This document shows, piece by piece, positions 53,251 through 62,683 of a stretch of DNA of 64,000 bases (position 1 is the stretch's first letter; the number at the start of each line of letters is the position of its first letter). The DNA is from Candidatus Lambdaproteobacteria bacterium RIFOXYD2_FULL_56_26 (lineage in GTDB: Bacteria > SAR324 > XYD2-FULL-50-16). The position numbers and the translations under genes are program-made. The stretch covers positions 2,849 to 66,848 of the forward strand of contig MFNF01000055.1 of assembly GCA_001783715.1 (NCBI GenBank). Direction: 5' to 3'. The notes under the pieces are model-generated. The model did no database searches. It was not told the DNA's origin and saw only the letters and a program-made list of their open reading frames with translations.

Positions 53251-54243
53251 TTAGGGGACCTTCACTTTGCCTAGAATCTGGCCGATCATCTCGTCGGTAC
53301 TCACCGACTCGGCCTCTGCTTCGTAGCTGGCCAAGATCCGGTGTCGCAAGACCTCGGGGGCCACTTGCTTGACCTCTTGGGGGGTGACAAACCCTTTGCC
53401 GTTAAACAGCGCCAGTGCCTTGGCGGCGATGGCCAGGGTAATGCTGGCCCGAGGGCTGGCTCCCATTTCGATCAGGGGGCTCAAAGAGCCAAGGCCAACG
53501 GTTTGGGGTTCACGGGTGGCAAAAACCAAGTCCACGATGTATTCCTTGATCTTCTCGTCCAGGTAAACCTGTTCGATCAGCCCTCGAATCTCCAAGATCT
53601 CCTCTTTTTCCAAAATTTTGGCCAAAGGCAAAGGTTCACGGAACCCGGTGACCCGGTTTAAAATCTCCCGCTCCTCTTCCCGGGTGGGGTAGCCGACTTT
53701 CAGCTTCATCATAAAGCGGTCCACCTGGGCTTCGGGCAAGGGGTAGGTGCCTTCCTGTTCGATCGGGTTTTGGGTGGCCAGGACCAGAAAGGGCTCTTCC
53801 AAGGCGTAGCTTTGGGACCCCAAGGTGACCTGCTTTTCCTGCATCACTTCGAGCAGCGCCGACTGCACCTTGGCCGGGGCCCGGTTGATTTCGTCGGCCA
53901 AGACCAGATTGGAGAAGACCGGCCCCTTGCGGGGGCTGAAGCTGCCGTCCTTGGGGTTAAAAATCATGGTGCCCACCAGATCGGCGGGCAACATGTCGGG
54001 GGTGAATTGAATCCTGGAAAACTGCAACGCCACCACTTGGGAGAGCGCTTTGACGGTCAGGGTTTTGGCCAAACCCGGCAGCCCTTCAAGAAGCACATGC
54101 CCGCCGGTGAACAGCCCAACCAAAAGTCCGTCCACCATGGCCGCTTGGCCGACGATCACCTTGGCCAGTTCGGCTTTGACCCCGCTGATCTTGGCGGCCT
54201 TGTCGGCAATTTTGCCTTCCAAAAACTTGATTTGTCCGTACAT
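53251..54243 (-). CDS. MoxR-family AAA+ ATPase
   Basis: Start at ATG 54243 (MYGQIKF). VIVGQAAMVDGLLVGLFTGGHVLLEGLPGLAKT, ADEINRAPAKVQSALLEVMQE, and LATQNPIEQEGTYPLPEAQVDRF. Confidence 0.9.
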   Translation of the reverse strand: MYGQIKFLEGKIADKAAKISGVKAELAKVIVGQAAMVDGLLVGLFTGGHVLLEGLPGLAKTLTVKALSQVVALQFSRIQFTPDMLPADLVGTMIFNPKDGSFSPRKGPVFSNLVLADEINRAPAKVQSALLEVMQEKQVTLGSQSYALEEPFLVLATQNPIEQEGTYPLPEAQVDRFMMKLKVGYPTREEEREILNRVTGFREPLPLAKILEKEEILEIRGLIEQVYLDEKIKEYIVDLVFATREPQTVGLGSLSPLIEMGASPRASITLAIAAKALALFNGKGFVTPQEVKQVAPEVLRHRILASYEAEAESVSTDEMIGQILGKVKVP

Positions 54244-54348
54244 CTGCCCCTGGGGATGGAAAAACGGTGAAGCCCTAAGATAGAGGACAAAACCCGGTCT
54301 TTCAAGAGCCCTATTCCCAAAGGTCGGTTGGTTTTGTATTTTGCTCTT

Positions 54349-55440
54349 ATGGACAAGCGAATCGGGATCGACACAAAAAATTATGCACTCTACCAAGGGG
54401 GGATCTTCAACTCTACCGCTCCTTGGGTGGAGGCGCTGTTTGCCGCCCACCCGGACTGGGAGTGCCACGGATTTGGCCCGAACCGGGGCAACCTGCGGCT
54501 CAAAGTGCCCAAATTGGTCTGCCGGGACATCGAACTGCCCCTCAACCATCCTTATGCCGGGTACCTGTACAACCTGACCAGCTTTCCCCGGCACTTCAGC
54601 CCCAAAGGGTTGGACCTGTTTTACAGCCCCTACTACGACCTGCTTTTGCCCAAAAAACTGCCCACGGTCATCACCATCCACGACTGCCTCTACTTCCGGT
54701 TCCCCCAGTTCTACAAGGCTCCCTTGGTTGCCTACTACCAGTGGATCGCCAAACGGAACGCCCGGTGGGCCCAAAAGGTGGTCACTGTTTCCCAGGCCAG
54801 CAAAAACGACCTGATCCGGTTTTTGGACCTGCCGGAGGAAAAAATTGAGGTGATCCCCAACAGCCTGGGGCCAATATGGAGTGAGGCTCCCCGTCCCCAT
54901 ACGCTTTTAGAGGAACTGCGCCGGACCTATGGAAGCCAAAGGTTATTGCTGTACCCTGGCGGACTGGAAGCTCGGAAAAACTTGGCGCTACTGGCGGAAG
55001 TAGTCTTGGGCTTAGGGCCGGAGTATGTGTTGGTCCTGACCGGGAACCTGGATTCGTACCTCAAAGCAGTGCCGGGGCTGGCTAGGCTAAAGGAACTGGG
55101 ACGTTTGGCAGGGGTCGGCTTTTTGGAGCTGCCGGTTTTGGTGGGGCTTTATGGGACCGTGGATGCTGTGGTTTATCCCTCGCTCTTGGAAGGGTTCGGT
55201 TTCCCTGTCTTGGAGGCCCAGGCCGTGGGAGTGCCGATCGCCTGCTCCAACACCAGTTCCCTGCCCGAAATCGGCGGGGACTATCCGGTTTATTTTGACC
55301 CGACCAGCCCCGAACAAATGGCCCAGGCCATTGTCCAAGCCGCCCAATCCCCCAAGGTGCAGGGGAATATCCCCGTTGCCTTTGAAGCCGCCAAGGCCCA
55401 AGCCCAGTTTGTGGGGTTGGTTGAGACTTTGGTCGGTTAA
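54349..55440 (+). CDS. Family 4 (GT-B) glycosyltransferase
   Basis: MDKRIGIDT..., the C-terminal motif VVYPSLLEGFGFPVLEAQAVGVPIACSNTSSLPEI. Confidence 0.8.
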   Translation: MDKRIGIDTKNYALYQGGIFNSTAPWVEALFAAHPDWECHGFGPNRGNLRLKVPKLVCRDIELPLNHPYAGYLYNLTSFPRHFSPKGLDLFYSPYYDLLLPKKLPTVITIHDCLYFRFPQFYKAPLVAYYQWIAKRNARWAQKVVTVSQASKNDLIRFLDLPEEKIEVIPNSLGPIWSEAPRPHTLLEELRRTYGSQRLLLYPGGLEARKNLALLAEVVLGLGPEYVLVLTGNLDSYLKAVPGLARLKELGRLAGVGFLELPVLVGLYGTVDAVVYPSLLEGFGFPVLEAQAVGVPIACSNTSSLPEIGGDYPVYFDPTSPEQMAQAIVQAAQSPKVQGNIPVAFEAAKAQAQFVGLVETLVG

Positions 55441-56285
55441 CCTCTGGGCAACATAATGCCCAACAGGTTGGCAATCTGGCCCTTCAGTTCCCGGCGGTCC
55501 AAGACCAAGTCCACCGCCCCGTGTTCCAAGAGGAACTCGGCTCGCTGGAACCCGGCGGGGAGCTGCTGGCCAATGGTTTGTTGGATCACTCTAGGTCCGG
55601 CGAAGCCGATCAGCGCCCCTTTCTCGGCGATGTTGATGTCCCCCAGCATGGCGAAACTGGCCGAGACTCCGCCGGTGGTTGGGTCGGTCATCAGGGAAAC
55701 GTAGGGCAGTTTGGCTTGGGCCAGTTGGTACAAGGCCGCCGAAGTCTTGGCCATTTGCATCAACGAAAGCGCCCCCTCTTGCATCCTCGCTCCGCCGGAA
55801 GAGGAAACGATGATCACCGGGAGTTTTTCGGCCAAGGCATATTCGATGGTCCGGGTGATCTTTTCCCCCACCACCGAGCCCATGGAGCCGCCCATAAACC
55901 GGAAGTTAAAGACCGACATGGCCACCCGTTGGCCCATCATCCTTCCCTCTCCGCAGGTGATCGCCTCTTCGAGCTTGGTTTTGGTGGTCGCCGCCTTAAG
56001 GCGGTCTTTGTACTTTTTGGAGTCGGTAAACTGCAACGGGTCCTTGGGCAGGATGCCGGAAAACAGTTCGGTCCAGGTGCCGTCGTCCACCAAGGAAGCA
56101 ATCCGTTCTTCGGCGGTGAGCCGAAAGTGGTAGCTACAGTTGAGGCAGACCTTCAGGTTTTTATCCAGGTCCTTGGAGTAAAGGGTCTCGCCGCATTCGG
56201 GGCATTTGATCCAAATCCCGGCCGGGATGTTCTTTTTTGGCTCGGTGGAAAGGAGCTTGGGGGCGATCCGTTTGAACCAGGACAT
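55437..56285 (-). CDS. accD: Acetyl-CoA carboxylase carboxyltransferase beta subunit
   Basis: MSWFKR...IWIKCPECGETLYSKDLDKNLKVCLNCSYHFRL Zn-ribbon, then FRFMGGSMGSVVGEK. Confidence 0.92.
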   Translation of the reverse strand: MSWFKRIAPKLLSTEPKKNIPAGIWIKCPECGETLYSKDLDKNLKVCLNCSYHFRLTAEERIASLVDDGTWTELFSGILPKDPLQFTDSKKYKDRLKAATTKTKLEEAITCGEGRMMGQRVAMSVFNFRFMGGSMGSVVGEKITRTIEYALAEKLPVIIVSSSGGARMQEGALSLMQMAKTSAALYQLAQAKLPYVSLMTDPTTGGVSASFAMLGDINIAEKGALIGFAGPRVIQQTIGQQLPAGFQRAEFLLEHGAVDLVLDRRELKGQIANLLGIMLPRG

Positions 56286-56349
56286 GAGACTTTCTCCAAA
56301 GGTGGCTTGATCTTTCAGGGAGCAGACTAGTGCTTTTTACCCAAACCGT

Positions 56350-56385
56350 AAAGCAAAAGCCGGTGCGGCCCAAACCGGGACCGGC
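56350..56385 (-). terminator. Possible terminator after hemL
   Basis: Minus strand reads GCCGGT...(15 nt with an inner CCC/GGG pair)...ACCGGC followed by TTTTGCTTT. Confidence 0.3.
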
Positions 56386-56400
56386 CCGCAGCGGCTCCAG

Positions 56401-56429
56401 GGGGAATCGGCGCTTCCCCCAACTTTTTT
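56401..56429 (+). terminator. Terminator-shaped hairpin plus T6, oriented on the plus strand between two minus-strand genes
   Basis: GGGGAA-tcggcgc-TTCCCC, then caac, then TTTTTT (56424-56429). On the minus strand the same hairpin is preceded by A6 and lacks a U-tract. Confidence 0.3.
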
Positions 56430-56442
56430 GAGGGCCTCCCGG

Positions 56443-57729
56443 TCAAAGGATCTGGTTGAGGCTTTCCTTGAAGGCCAGGGCGGTTTTTTCCAGGTCCGCT
56501 TCGCTGTGGGCGGCGGACATAAAGGCCGCTTCGTAGGCAGACGGGGCCATGTAAATCCCTCGGATCAACATCTCCCGGAAATACTTGCCATACAAGGCAG
56601 CGTCGCACTTGAGGGCGGTTTCATAGCTGTCCACCTTCTCCTTGGCAAAATAAAAGCCGAACATGCTGCCCACGGAAGTGATCGAATGGGGCACCCCTTT
56701 TTTGGTCAGGGCCTCTTGCATCTCGTTTTTGAGCCAGGTGGTTTTTTGGACCAGGTCTTCATAAAAACCGGGTCGGTCCAAAACCTTGAGGGTGGCGATT
56801 CCCGCCGCCATGGCCATGGGGTTGCCGCTCAGGGTCCCGGCTTGGTAGATGTTGCCCGCAGGGGAAACCTGGGACATGATGTCCCTCCTGCCGCCATAAG
56901 CACCCACCGGCATCCCGCCGCCGATCACCTTGCCCAAAGTGGTCAGGTCGGGCTCCACGTGGAAAAGCTCCTGGGCTCCTCCTTTGGAGACCCGAAAGCC
57001 GGTCATCACTTCGTCGAAAATCAACAGAATCCCTTCCTTGTCACACAACTCCCGTAATCCCTGCAAAAATCCGGGGCCCGGAGCTACGACCCCCATGTTG
57101 CCCGCAACCGGCTCGACGATGATCGCCGCCACCTCGCCCGAGTTGCTTTCGACCATCTCTTGGACGGCGGCCAAGTTGTTGTACTGGCAGAGCAGCGTCA
57201 AGGCGGCAAAGGCTTCGGGTACGCCGGGGCTGTCCGGTGCGCCCAGGGTGGTCGCCCCTGAACCGGCTTTGACCAAGAGGTAATCGGCATGGCCGTGGTA
57301 ACAGCCGGTGAACTTGATGATCTTGTCCCGGCCGGTAAAGCCCCGGGCCACCCGAATGGCGCTCATGGTGGCTTCGGTGCCCGAGCTGACCATCCGCACC
57401 ATTTCCATGCTGGGCACCAGCCGGTTGATCCACCGGGCTAGCTCAATCTCCATTTCAATGGGGGCCCCAAAGCTGAGGCCCTTTTTCATGGTTTCGGCCA
57501 ATGCGGCTAACACCTCGGGGTGGGCATGGCCCAGGACCAAGGGACCCCAGGACCCGACATAGTCGATAAACTCGTTGCCGTCCACATCCCAAAGCCTGGA
57601 CCCGGCCCCACGGTCGATGAACAAGGGCTCCCCACCGACCGAACGAAAGGCCCGCACCGGGCTGTTGACACCGCCGGGGATCAGGGTCTTGGCTTGGGCA
57701 AACAGGGCTTTGGACTTTGAAACCATCAT
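56443..57729 (-). CDS. hemL: Glutamate-1-semialdehyde 2,1-aminomutase
   Basis: Start at ATG 57729/57726 ([10 protein letters not shown]). [31 protein letters not shown], and [16 protein letters not shown]. Confidence 0.92.
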   Translation of the reverse strand: MMVSKSKALFAQAKTLIPGGVNSPVRAFRSVGGEPLFIDRGAGSRLWDVDGNEFIDYVGSWGPLVLGHAHPEVLAALAETMKKGLSFGAPIEMEIELARWINRLVPSMEMVRMVSSGTEATMSAIRVARGFTGRDKIIKFTGCYHGHADYLLVKAGSGATTLGAPDSPGVPEAFAALTLLCQYNNLAAVQEMVESNSGEVAAIIVEPVAGNMGVVAPGPGFLQGLRELCDKEGILLIFDEVMTGFRVSKGGAQELFHVEPDLTTLGKVIGGGMPVGAYGGRRDIMSQVSPAGNIYQAGTLSGNPMAMAAGIATLKVLDRPGFYEDLVQKTTWLKNEMQEALTKKGVPHSITSVGSMFGFYFAKEKVDSYETALKCDAALYGKYFREMLIRGIYMAPSAYEAAFMSAAHSEADLEKTALAFKESLNQIL

Positions 57730-57743
57730 CGGGAACTCCTGGG

Positions 57744-59234
57744 TTAAAAATGATAGGCCAACTGGGCCCCAAAGGCGGAGAACAGGTCCATCTTGGTGGG
57801 GGCAAGGTTGTCGTTGTTGCTGTAGGCACCTTGGGGGCGGAAGGCCCCGTAGCCGAACTTGAAGACCAGATTTTTGTCGAACTCGATCCCGTAGCGGATG
57901 TCCAATTCCTGGCCGATCCGGTCCACCACTTCCCCGGATTGGTTGAAAACTCCGGCGGTACGGTAGAATTGGTAAAAGGCGAAGTCGAGCCCCCACTTTT
58001 GGACCGGGTGTCGGTAGTTGAGCCCGTACTGGCGGAAGGTCAGGTTGGAGACGCTGTGGCTGTTCCCGGTGTTTTGCAGCCCTTGGAAGTAAACCTGGGC
58101 CTCCCCGAAATAACCCTTTTGGACCTCTACATAGTCGGTCCGGTCCGAAGCGTAGTAGGTTTCCGAGGCACTTTGGCGTTTTTGTCCCGAAGACTGGAGG
58201 TAGTCAAAGCTCAATTTCCAGTCTGCCGCCGGGTAGTAGGTGTTGCGGCTGTACCACAAGGTCCCGGTCTGGTGCCTCCGAGCGATCAGGGACCGGTCGG
58301 CGCTGCCCAGGGCTCCGGCCCAGTAGTCTCGGTCCCCGGCCAGGGCGATGTAGTTGAGGTCGAACCGAAAGGCAGGCAAGACCCAGCTGAGGTTGGTGCC
58401 GAAGTATTCGGTCTTGTGGTTGTCAAAATAAATCAACCGGCCCGAACTGTCCGCCAGGTGGTACAAGGACCCGCCGCCAGTGCGTCCGCCGTAGTTGGCC
58501 AGGGGGATTTCCTCGCCTCGGTAAAAGTTGCGGAACAGCTCAATGTACAAACCTTCGGACTGCCTTTTGGCCCCGGTAAAGGGGTCAAAGATTTCCTGCC
58601 CGTTTTCGTAAACCGGGTAGGTCAGTTGGGCGAACATCAGGTTGTCGTTGATCCCCTTGTTGAGCTTGGCCGCCCCAAAATAGTAGCACCAAGTCCCGAC
58701 CCGGCAGGTCTGGCTGAACCCGTTGGAGACCCCTTTGTAAACCAAACCCATTTTGTCGGCCACCGCAAAGCTGTGCTGGCCGATTTTCAAAACCGCATTG
58801 GGGTTGTGGTCGTACTCCAGATAGGCTTCCTTGAAGATCAGGTTCATCCCGGTGTCGGTGCTGGAGTCCCCTTGTTCTAAGGGGTTTGCCGAATGGTAGC
58901 CCTCGGGTTGATCCCCTATGAGTATGGAATAGTTGGCCAAAAGTGCATTGATCGAGATATGATCATGCAGGTTTGAGCGAAAACCCAGTTCAAAGTCCTG
59001 GACCGCTCGCCCGGACTCTGTGCGGTTGCCCAAAAAGGAATTGCGTTGGGAAAGGTAGGTCATCTCAAACCGGCCCGAAATCACCGCATCTTCGATGGTC
59101 GGTCGGGGGGCTTGTTCGACCTCGTATTCCCCGTCTTTGAGGGGGACAAAGTTTTGTTGGGCCAAAAGGAGGTTGCCCAAGGGGAGCCAAAGGGCAATCC
59201 CGGCGAGAAGCAGAAAGGGGTAAAATTTTTTCAT
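57744..59234 (-). CDS. Outer-membrane beta-barrel (porin-like) protein
   Basis: Start at ATG 59234 ([16 protein letters not shown] signal peptide). Alternating amphipathic strands rich in Y/G/N, and a C-terminal ...GAQLAYHF with terminal Phe. Confidence 0.6.
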   Translation of the reverse strand: MKKFYPFLLLAGIALWLPLGNLLLAQQNFVPLKDGEYEVEQAPRPTIEDAVISGRFEMTYLSQRNSFLGNRTESGRAVQDFELGFRSNLHDHISINALLANYSILIGDQPEGYHSANPLEQGDSSTDTGMNLIFKEAYLEYDHNPNAVLKIGQHSFAVADKMGLVYKGVSNGFSQTCRVGTWCYYFGAAKLNKGINDNLMFAQLTYPVYENGQEIFDPFTGAKRQSEGLYIELFRNFYRGEEIPLANYGGRTGGGSLYHLADSSGRLIYFDNHKTEYFGTNLSWVLPAFRFDLNYIALAGDRDYWAGALGSADRSLIARRHQTGTLWYSRNTYYPAADWKLSFDYLQSSGQKRQSASETYYASDRTDYVEVQKGYFGEAQVYFQGLQNTGNSHSVSNLTFRQYGLNYRHPVQKWGLDFAFYQFYRTAGVFNQSGEVVDRIGQELDIRYGIEFDKNLVFKFGYGAFRPQGAYSNNDNLAPTKMDLFSAFGAQLAYHF

Positions 59235-59428
59235 CAGCGGAGCAGGGTAGATTTTTGGTTGATCTGCCACGTTTAGCGGAGTTTTGGGTTGAAGGCAATT
59301 CGTTTCCCCCTAAAAAACCGCAGCCCTGTCCGCTCTACCTTGCTTGAACATGGTTCCTGGTACGGTCTTTGCTTTAAAGGCAGCCAAAACCACCAACCGT
59401 GCCCAATCCCGCAGAGAAAGGGGGATCG

Positions 59429-60868
59429 ATGAATAGCCTGTTTCCCGTGATCACCGAATTCCGTCTGATGCCCGGTTCGGTGCTCTACAGCACCGCTTTG
59501 GGCGGAATCCTGATCGGTTGCCCCCCCGAGGTGCTCAAGGCCCTTTTGGCGCAACATTACCCCATGCCCAACACGGTGGTTCTTCCTGGAACCCTGTTGC
59601 GAGGCTCTTCTTCCCAGGTCTGTCTGGAATTCCCCTTTTACCATTTTTTGTTCATCCAGCAAGGGCTGGCGCAGGGCAAAAAGTTCAAGGTCTTGGGCGA
59701 AACTTCGTTGCTCTCCAAACTGGAGGAGATGTTGCGGGTGACCCTGACCGGCCCTTCTTTGGAAGAGGCTTTGGGCTCGGAAAAACGTCTGGGGCTCCCG
59801 GCCTTTTTGGACCAGACCAAGGTTTCCGCCTGGGCCAAGGAAACCGAACGGCTCGCCCTCAAGGGCAAAGACGGCCATACCTTGAAGGTCAGGGAACTGG
59901 TGGACTTCATTCCCCTGAACGTTGGTGATGACCGGGAGGTTTTTCCGGCCGTGGACGACCAACCGGCGGTCTGGGTCAAACGTCTGGGTCCCGACAGCTT
60001 TTCCTGCCGGTCCAATGGCAACGAGCACAGCTGTGATCTGGTCAGTGAAGACCCCCAATTGCCGGTTTATGAACTGACCCCGGTGCTGGTTACGGCCAAG
60101 GAAAAAAAGTCCCTCTCCGCATTCAACCTACGGCTGCTGGGCACCAGTGAAGGGTTCGACCCTTTGCGTCCGGCCAACGGGCTCCTGCTCCGGTTGCAAG
60201 GCAAATGGTTCCTCTGGGATTGCCCTTCCTACCTGCGGCTGCACCTCCAAGCGGTGGGCCTACACCTTGACGACATCGAAGGGATTTTTGTCTCCCATGT
60301 CCATGAAGACCACCTGGAAGTGGCCGAAACCTTGACTGCCGGTCGGAGGCTGAAGATATACACCAGCCCGGAGATCTTTGAATCCATGTTGGTCAAGGTG
60401 ATGGCCCTGCTCAACTGCGGCTACAAGGAAGCCTTGTCCCATTACGAATTTGTCCCCCTTTATGCCGACCAGCCCTTTGACCTTTTTGGGGCAACCTTGG
60501 AGGTTTTTTATTCGGTCCATTCAATCCCCGCCTTGGGGCTCCGTTTGGAAGTGCCCCAAAAGAAGGGCCAACCCAAGCGGCTGTTTGTCTCCGGGGACCA
60601 GCTCTCCAACTCCGGGGTGGAAAAACTGGTGGAAGCGGGGGTGATGGACAAGGTGCGCAAAGCCCAGGTGGACGGAAGATTTTTGGGCCACACCTATGAT
60701 GCCGTCTTTGTGGACGTAGGTGGGGGGTTGATCCATGGGGACCCCAAGGATTTTTTCCAGCGGACGGACCCGGTTTATTACATGCACACCGGCAAAACCC
60801 TGAACGATCTGCCCAAAGGGCACCAGTCGGTCCATCCCGGGCAAAGGGTGGTGATTGTTCCAGAATAG
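59429..60868 (+). CDS. MBL-fold metallo-hydrolase with an N-terminal domain I cannot place
   Basis: AAGGGGGA RBS precedes ATG 59429. HxHxDH motif in IFVSHVHEDHLE, and later YSVHSIP / DVGGGLIHGD. Confidence 0.65.
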   Translation: MNSLFPVITEFRLMPGSVLYSTALGGILIGCPPEVLKALLAQHYPMPNTVVLPGTLLRGSSSQVCLEFPFYHFLFIQQGLAQGKKFKVLGETSLLSKLEEMLRVTLTGPSLEEALGSEKRLGLPAFLDQTKVSAWAKETERLALKGKDGHTLKVRELVDFIPLNVGDDREVFPAVDDQPAVWVKRLGPDSFSCRSNGNEHSCDLVSEDPQLPVYELTPVLVTAKEKKSLSAFNLRLLGTSEGFDPLRPANGLLLRLQGKWFLWDCPSYLRLHLQAVGLHLDDIEGIFVSHVHEDHLEVAETLTAGRRLKIYTSPEIFESMLVKVMALLNCGYKEALSHYEFVPLYADQPFDLFGATLEVFYSVHSIPALGLRLEVPQKKGQPKRLFVSGDQLSNSGVEKLVEAGVMDKVRKAQVDGRFLGHTYDAVFVDVGGGLIHGDPKDFFQRTDPVYYMHTGKTLNDLPKGHQSVHPGQRVVIVPE

Positions 60869-60875
60869 AGGGGCG

Positions 60876-61364
60876 ATGTACCGCTCACTGGTCTTGGTCT
60901 TGTTGTTGTGGACCACCGCACTTTCGGCCCAGGTCCTGGACGAGCACCTGCCCCCCGGACCCTTCCCTTTGACCGGTAAGGTGTTTGACGGCAATGGCCA
61001 GGAAGCCGCCAGGGCCAAGGTTTACCCCCAATTCGTGGAACTCTACGACCTGAATGACAAACCGATCGGCAAGGTCGGGATTCTGGTGGAAAAGGGCTGG
61101 GCCCGGATCCATATGGTTAATGCCGATGCCAGCCAAACCTTGGTCGGCTACGCCCACAAGGGACAGATTTTTGACAAGGACAACCAAGTGGTGGGAACCT
61201 ATTTTTGGACCCCCACCTACTCTTATGTGTACGACCCGGACGGGAAAAGGGTCGGCTACACCAAGTGCATCGCTTGGCCGCAGGTTTGTTCGGTCGGGGT
61301 GGCAGGTTACCTGCTCAAACTGATGGGGGGCGAGGAAGGCAAAACCGATGAAGTTAAGCCGTAG
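60876..61364 (+). CDS. Small secreted hypothetical protein
   Basis: MYRSLVLVLLLWTTALSAQ signal peptide. Overlaps the next gene by 17 nt. Confidence 0.45.
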   Translation: MYRSLVLVLLLWTTALSAQVLDEHLPPGPFPLTGKVFDGNGQEAARAKVYPQFVELYDLNDKPIGKVGILVEKGWARIHMVNADASQTLVGYAHKGQIFDKDNQVVGTYFWTPTYSYVYDPDGKRVGYTKCIAWPQVCSVGVAGYLLKLMGGEEGKTDEVKP

Positions 61365-62157
61365 TCCTGCGGTTGCCGGTAGTTTTTACCCGGCCCAAGC
61401 TGAGGTGCTGGAGGCACAGGTAAAAGCCCTGCTGGCCAATCGGCCCAAAAAGAGCGCCAAACGGCCCCAGGTCTTGGTGGTGCCCCATGCCGGGTACGAA
61501 TATTCGGGTCAAGTGGCGGCCAGCGCCTTCAAGGAGATTGAAGGAGAAAATTATGAACGGGTGATGCTGCTGGGCCCTTCCCACCATTTTTGGTTTGAAG
61601 GGGCAGCGGCGACTTTGGATCAGGTTTGGCAAAGTCCCTTGGGCGAATTCCAGGTGACCCGGCCCCAGCCTTGGCCTTTGGTTGAGACGGCCTACCACAA
61701 GCCGGAACACTGCCTGGAGGTGATGTTGCCTTTTTTGGGCTTGCTTTGCCCCCAAGCGAGGATTTTGCCCCTGCTGCTTTCAGGCGGACCAGAACAGGCC
61801 CAAACGCTGGCGGTTGCCCTGGAGCCCTTTGTGGAGCCCAACACCTTGTGGGTGATCAGTTCCGACTTTTGCCATGTTGGCCCCAGCTTTGGTTTTGACC
61901 CCAGGCCCCAAGGGTACAAAGACGGCCCGGCTTTGGACAAGGAAGCGATCGACCGCATTGCAGCGCTGGACATCCGGGGCTTTGAGAACCTGCTGGAGCA
62001 AACTGGGGCCACCATCTGCGGTGCCTTGCCGATCCTGGTAGCCTTGAGGTTGATCCGGCACTTTGGCCTGGGTCCTTTGGTGTTTAAGGAATACGACAAC
62101 TCCGCCCGGACCGGCGGAAGAAAAAACTCAGTCGGCTATGCCGCTTTTTTTGCTTAA
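61348..62157 (+). CDS. amrB: AmmeMemoRadiSam system protein B (MEMO1-family)
   Basis: RSPAVAGSFYPAQAEVLEAQV..., VVPHAGYEYSG, LGPSH, EHCLEVMLPFL, SSDFCH, and ICGALPI. Confidence 0.8.
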   Translation: MKLSRSPAVAGSFYPAQAEVLEAQVKALLANRPKKSAKRPQVLVVPHAGYEYSGQVAASAFKEIEGENYERVMLLGPSHHFWFEGAAATLDQVWQSPLGEFQVTRPQPWPLVETAYHKPEHCLEVMLPFLGLLCPQARILPLLLSGGPEQAQTLAVALEPFVEPNTLWVISSDFCHVGPSFGFDPRPQGYKDGPALDKEAIDRIAALDIRGFENLLEQTGATICGALPILVALRLIRHFGLGPLVFKEYDNSARTGGRKNSVGYAAFFA

Positions 62158-62179
62158 TTTTTTCCGTTGAAGGGAAACC

Positions 62180-62683
62180 ATGGAACACAGCATCGACATC
62201 CAGCGACTCAAAGACTTTTCGTTGTTCAAGGACTTGGCCACCGATGAAGCAAAAATTGCCACCATTGCCCATTTTGTCACCCCCAGGCGCTTCCAGGCGG
62301 GGCAATACATCTTCCATGAAGGGGACATGGGGGAGGAACTGTTCATCCTGGTGGACGGTGCGGTCAGGGTGCTCAAAAACACCAAGAACAAAGAGGAATA
62401 CACCATCGTGGACCTCAAAAGCCAGTTCAACGTCTTTTTTGGCGAAGTCGCCTTGATGGACAACGACCTGCGCTCCGCCTCAATCATGGTTTTAGAGGAC
62501 TGCCTGACTTATGTGATCGACCGCAAGGCCTTTTTGGAATTGGGGGACAAACACCCCGAGATTGCCCTGCCGGTCACCCGGGTGATCGTCAAGATCCTCT
62601 GCGGAAGGCTGCGTAACGTCAACAACGATGTGATCATGCTTTTTGACGCTCTGGTCAACGAGATCGAATCCACCCAGCTTTAG
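62180..62683 (+). CDS. Stand-alone cyclic-nucleotide-binding (CAP effector) domain protein
   Basis: FSLFKDL...FQAGQYIFHEGDMGEELFILVDGAVRV...FFGEVALMDNDLRSASI. No HTH follows. Confidence 0.8.
   Translation: MEHSIDIQRLKDFSLFKDLATDEAKIATIAHFVTPRRFQAGQYIFHEGDMGEELFILVDGAVRVLKNTKNKEEYTIVDLKSQFNVFFGEVALMDNDLRSASIMVLEDCLTYVIDRKAFLELGDKHPEIALPVTRVIVKILCGRLRNVNNDVIMLFDALVNEIESTQL

Noticed and set aside
53251-54900. Long N-terminal extensions in the ORF track: MoxR to 54900, hemL to 57996, FKBP to 49312, radical-SAM-like to 47766, 36327-37685 and 13396-14019
   Set aside because: The extensions overlap upstream genes or divergent spacers and translate to non-protein-like sequence. Family N-termini (MYGQIKF, MMVSKSK, MSRITLG and others) begin at internal start codons, often with ATGA/GTGA coupling. 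The coordinates were trimmed accordingly.
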